DNA of 8,869 nt. Source: Leidyana gryllorum EB-2025a. Taxonomy: Eukaryota > Protista > Apicomplexa. The stretch covers positions 1-8,869 of the forward strand of contig JBLWGC010000003.1 of NCBI GenBank assembly GCA_048772705.1, given 5' to 3'. A program made the position numbers and the translations under genes. The notes beneath the pieces are model-generated. The model saw only the letters and a program-made list of their open reading frames with translations. It had not been told where the DNA came from and did no database searches. Positions 6,366 to 8,869 of the stretch are shown one piece after another (position 1 is the stretch's first letter; the number at the start of each line of letters is the position of its first letter).

Positions 6366-6436
6366 TGCATCTGCCGGGAATCGAACCCGGGTCGTCTCGA
6401 TGGCAACGAGACATTCTACCACTAGACCACAGATGC
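6366..6436 (-). tRNA. tRNA-Gly-GCC: tRNA-Gly(GCC), intact
   Basis: Acceptor GCATCTG/CAGATGC, anticodon arm TCTCG-TTGCCAT-CGAGA, T-arm CCGGG-TTCGATT-CCCGG. T5 run downstream at 6346-6350 on the minus strand. Confidence 0.95.
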
Positions 6437-6491
6437 GTGACACCTCCATTCCTGACCACCAAGTGATGAGTCTGGAGCGGGGGATGGTTTT

Positions 6492-6560
6492 GGGCCTATG
6501 GCAACGTAGCGCGTCTGACTCCAGATCAGAAGGTTGGGTTTTCGAATCACTATGGGCTCA
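6492..6560 (+). pseudogene. tRNA-Trp(CCA) pseudogene
   Basis: D-arm deletions and T-stem mismatches relative to 4306-4377. Confidence 0.82.
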
Positions 6561-6595
6561 ATCAGACTCTTTTTTTTCCCGTGTGAGGCTCAACC

Positions 6596-6675
6596 TGAAA
6601 AGAGTGGGATTTGGACCCACGCCCTTTCAAACTGCGACTTGAATACAGCGCCTTGGACCCCTCAGCCATCTTATC
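6596..6675 (-). pseudogene. tRNA-Leu pseudogene (Leu-CAG body, anticodon CAA)
   Basis: 80-nt inverted homologue of 7225-7304 with many transitions and T-loop TCCAAAT. Confidence 0.82.
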
Positions 6676-6763
6676 AGCTCGGTTCCTGTCCCGCTACTCC
6701 AAGCGTTCCCTGTCTGTTGAAGCTAGAGAATGGAAAAGCTGGGCTCTGAGGTTGGGGCGTGCC

Positions 6764-6815
6764 TCCGACATGGTATCAAAGTTATATTTCCGCCTGCCAC
6801 GCCAACGATCGGGTG
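6764..6815 (+). pseudogene. Highly degenerate tRNA-Asp-like remnant
   Basis: TCCGACATGGTAT...TATTTCCGCCTGCCACGC, paralogue of 1194-1250. Confidence 0.5.
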
Positions 6816-6877
6816 GGTACCAGCTCTGAACGCATTCATTTCCAATCCCAATGGCTTCATACACTCTTATAATTCTT

Positions 6878-6943
6878 GGTCGTGAATGGTTAGCACTGGA
6901 GGCTTTGAATCTCCCGAGCTGGGTTCGATTCCCGGCGCGACCT
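6878..6943 (+). pseudogene. tRNA-Gln(TTG) pseudogene with about 6-nt 5' deletion
   Basis: Anticodon arm GGAGG-CTTTGAA-TCTCC and T-arm CTGGG-TTCGATT-CCCGG. The acceptor/D junction is shortened. Confidence 0.82.
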
Positions 6944-7005
6944 CGCAACTAGAGTTCTACTTCTTGAAACTTCGCAACTTCTCTTGGTTTCCGCCAAGCT
7001 TTCGT

Positions 7006-7078
7006 GCAGTCATGGTCTAGTGGTTACGACGTCTGCTTAACACGCAGAAGGTCCCGAGTTCGATCCCAGGTGGCTGTA
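7006..7078 (+). tRNA. tRNA-Val-AAC: tRNA-Val(AAC), T-stem mismatches (possible pseudogene)
   Basis: Anticodon arm TCTGC-TTAACAC-GCAGA. T-stem CCGAG/CCAGG has two mismatches. Confidence 0.75.
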
Positions 7079-7125
7079 GCTCGAATCTTTGAAGTGAGTG
7101 CCACCAAAGCGAGGAAACAGGCTCT

Positions 7126-7161
7126 CTCCAAAACAGGGCATCGAACCCGCGTCTTCGGCGT
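7126..7161 (-). pseudogene. 3' remnant of tRNA-Asp
   Basis: CTCCAAAACAGGGCATCGAACCCGCGTCTTCGGCGT, syntenic with and similar to 5917-5952. Confidence 0.6.
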
Positions 7162-7224
7162 CTTCAACAGTCTTCCTTCTCGAGAACTACACGGACAGAA
7201 AACCTGTAAAGTGGCGAACGCTCC

Positions 7225-7304
7225 GGCAAGATGGCCGAGTGGTCTAAGGCGCTGTGTTCAGGCCGCAGTCCGAAAGGGCGTGGGTTCGAATCCCACTCTT
7301 GTCA
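7225..7304 (+). tRNA. tRNA-Leu-CAG: tRNA-Leu(CAG), intact
   Basis: Acceptor GGCAAGA/TCTTGTC, anticodon arm CTGTG-TTCAGGC-CGCAG, variable arm TCCGAAAGGG, T-arm GTGGG-TTCGAAT-CCCAC. Confidence 0.95.
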
Positions 7305-7422
7305 GCCGTTGTAGTCAAAATAACTTGCGACTTCTTCCCAGCATGATGGGCGGGACTGCCCGCCGTGCACGTCCCGGCTAACTTTTGTCGATACAACTGA
7401 CACATGATTCTCCAGATAAGTT

Positions 7423-7509
7423 GCCGTCTTAGCTTAGGGGCAGAGCGTTCGCTTCGTGAGCGTTCGCTTCGTGAGCGAGAAGTCGCCGGTTCGATTCCGG
7501 CAGAAGGCT
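7423..7509 (+). pseudogene. tRNA-Thr(CGT) with 15-nt tandem duplication of the anticodon arm
   Basis: GAGCGTTCGCTTCGT occurs twice (7443-7472), giving 87 = 72 + 15 nt. One G-A acceptor mismatch. Confidence 0.85.
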
Positions 7510-7602
7510 TTGCTCACGCACTTAAGCTATTTTGACTGGTCTCTCAGTCTCAATAAGGATCTGAGAGGTTTGGAGGGGAATTGCAATGCACTTTAGATTG
7601 GT

Positions 7603-7674
7603 TGTCCGAGCCAGGAATCGAGTCTGGGTTTGCACGGCCACAACGTGCTGTCCTAACCACTAGACGACTCGGAC
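7603..7674 (-). tRNA. tRNA-His-GTG: tRNA-His(GTG), B-box damaged (possible pseudogene)
   Basis: Acceptor GTCCGAG/CTCGGAC, anticodon arm GCACG-TTGTGGC-CGTGC. T-arm CCAGA-CTCGATT-CCTGG has G53>A and T54>C. A73, no encoded G-1. Confidence 0.8.
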
Positions 7675-7782
7675 AAATCTTTGAGCGAGGCTGTAGAGGT
7701 AGCGAAGCATCGATCAGGATGGGATGGAACAGGAGCGTCAGACGAACTGCGTTGCAAGAAGTTCACTCCTCAAACTTCGGGT

Positions 7783-7857
7783 GGGACGGAATTTACTCGT
7801 GGAATATCTGATGCCACCACTACAGTCAGATACGTTACCATCTAAGCACCCCGGGCC
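7783..7857 (-). pseudogene. tRNA remnant with enlarged anticodon loop (Tyr-GTA plus intron, or Arg-ACG-like)
   Basis: Minus strand GCTTAGATGGTAACGTA-TCTGA-CTGTAGTGGTGGCA-TCAGA-TATTCC, with no T-arm. Confidence 0.35.
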
Positions 7858-7951
7858 GTGAGAGTACTTCGGGGCGGCACACCGCACCCAGAACGACATC
7901 GACGGTGGCAACGGAAGCCATTAACACTTTGGAACTCAGAAGGAAAGTAAT

Positions 7952-8035
7952 GCACAGATGCCCGAGTGGTCTAAGGGGCCAGACTCAAGTTCTGGTAGGC
8001 GCAAGTCTGCATGGGTTCGAATCCCATTCTGTGCA
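7952..8035 (+). tRNA. tRNA-Leu-CAA: tRNA-Leu(CAA), intact
   Basis: Acceptor GCACAGA/TCTGTGC, anticodon arm CCAGA-CTCAAGT-TCTGG, long variable arm, T-arm ATGGG-TTCGAAT-CCCAT. Confidence 0.96.
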
Positions 8036-8123
8036 ACGGCGATCATCCCAAAAAAAGGCTGGAAAAGGCCACAGTAGATTCGAATCTCCATTCGTTTATC
8101 CGGTTGCATGCACCCAAATATTC

Positions 8124-8193
8124 GGCTGTTGCTCTGCTGGTATAATCCTTCCTCAGAGTGGAAGGAGTCCTGGGTTCGATTCCAGAAGAGCCC
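8124..8193 (+). pseudogene. tRNA-Pro pseudogene
   Basis: Degenerate copy of 4522-4593 in the syntenic position. D-arm and anticodon loop are altered. Confidence 0.8.
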
Positions 8194-8335
8194 TATTGGT
8201 CGTCGTTTGACTTGACCGGACATGTTGCCCTCAGAGCCAACACAGCCACCTCGTTAGCCCGCTTCGGTAGGGCAGTCAGGGCAACTAACATCTCGAGGAT
8301 CACATTTCGGCTACGGTCTTCCATGTTGCAGACTG

Positions 8336-8407
8336 AGCAGTGTAGCTCAGTGGAAGAGTGTTAGGCTCATAACGCAAAGGTCCGTCGATCGAAACGACGC
8401 ACTATAA
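8336..8407 (+). pseudogene. Initiator tRNA-Met pseudogene
   Basis: Copy of 4729-4800. Anticodon stem TTAGG/CGCAA and acceptor end are broken. Confidence 0.82.
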
Positions 8408-8455
8408 AGTGTGCGCAGAAGGGAACAGTTGCAGGATAGATTGGCTCGTGAGCCA

Positions 8456-8526
8456 AGCCTTCTGCCCGAATCGAACCGGCGACCTTTCACTTACCAAGCG
8501 AATGCTCTGCCCCAAGCTAAGAAGGC
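8456..8526 (-). pseudogene. tRNA-Thr pseudogene (apparent anticodon GGT)
   Basis: Syntenic to Thr(AGT) at 4849, loop TTGGTAA. T-stem mismatch and 1-nt D-loop deletion. Confidence 0.78.
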
Positions 8527-8654
8527 AATGTCAACTGGACATCACGAATGAGTCCCTATTGACGGAAGTTACTGAAGCACATTGTTCCACCACTTAATAC
8601 TTCCACTGCTCCACCCACCGGCAAATAGGGTGTAACTAAGTTTAGAGCTTCCTT

Positions 8655-8727
8655 TCCGCCCTAGCTCAGTCGGTAGAGCGCAAGACTTTTAATCTTCCAG
8701 TCGCGGGTTCGAGCCCCGCGGGCGGTG
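8655..8727 (+). tRNA. tRNA-Lys-TTT: tRNA-Lys(TTT), variant or possible pseudogene
   Basis: Loop CTTTTAA and intact T-arm. T1-T72 and C27-C43 mismatches. Confidence 0.75.
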
Positions 8728-8787
8728 CAAATCAATGTCTCTGGGAGTAGGAGTGGAACCGTTGCCTACAAGCACACTCTGCTGGAT

Positions 8788-8860
8788 TTCCACTGCCGGG
8801 ACTTGAACCCGGATCGTGCGGGTGAGAGACGCATATCCTAGTCACTTAGACTACAGTGGA
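8788..8860 (-). pseudogene. tRNA-Glu(CTC), degenerate copy
   Basis: Full length. D-loop GG>GA and a T-C mismatch closing the anticodon loop. Confidence 0.72.
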
Positions 8861-8869
8861 CAACTTCCT

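Larger units (their letters stand above)
854..8860. other. Dense eukaryotic-type tRNA gene/pseudogene array
   Basis: About 45 cloverleaf-forming or clearly homologous tRNA sequences on both strands, mostly spaced 30-200 nt apart, none encoding CCA. Confidence 0.97.
8648..8869 (+). repeat. Module B copy (Lys+/Glu-), repeat of about 1293-1678 with the intervening Thr gene deleted
   Basis: Shared spacer GTTGCCTACAAGCACACTC (1427-1445 region vs 8761-8779), followed almost directly by Glu. Confidence 0.85.

Noticed and set aside
904-8597. All listed ORFs (60-144 aa), including the similar MSLERGM ORFs
   Set aside because: They are short, overlap tRNA genes in arbitrary frames and show no recognisable domains. 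Similarity between them reflects DNA duplication, and frames are not conserved between copies.
854-8860. CRISPR array, tRNA-derived SINEs, or phage/bacterial/organellar tRNA cluster
   Set aside because: No constant repeat-spacer period, no common SINE body, tail or target-site duplication. Eukaryotic cytosolic hallmarks and mixed strands argue against a prokaryotic or organellar operon.

Overview
This window contains no credible protein-coding gene. From about 854 to the end it is a very dense, mixed-orientation array of roughly 45 eukaryotic cytosolic-type tRNA genes, pseudogenes and remnants. At least 17 amino-acid families are present: Ala, Arg, Asn, Asp, Cys, Gln, Glu, Gly, His, Leu, Lys, iMet, Pro, Ser, Thr, Trp and Val, plus possibly Tyr. 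Eukaryotic hallmarks are no encoded CCA, A34 anticodons (AGC, AGT, AGG, AAC), initiator Met with A1-U72 and an ATCGAAA T-loop, and His with A73 and no encoded G-1. The array is built from diverged multi-gene modules that have been duplicated, inverted, deleted and fused, often with breakpoints inside tRNA genes. The main oddities are a Gln-bodied tRNA with an amber (CUA) anticodon, a Trp-bodied tRNA with an opal (UCA) anticodon, repeated wobble-position switches between paralogues, exact tandem duplications of single tRNA arms (one mimics a 37/38 intron), a Thr/Ser chimera, and a Pro gene split by an inversion. Both suppressor-like genes carry other lesions, so decay is the simpler explanation. 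Bases 1-850 are G-poor and unassignable, possibly low-quality sequence. All calls were made by eye and ends may be off by 1-3 nt (more for remnants).
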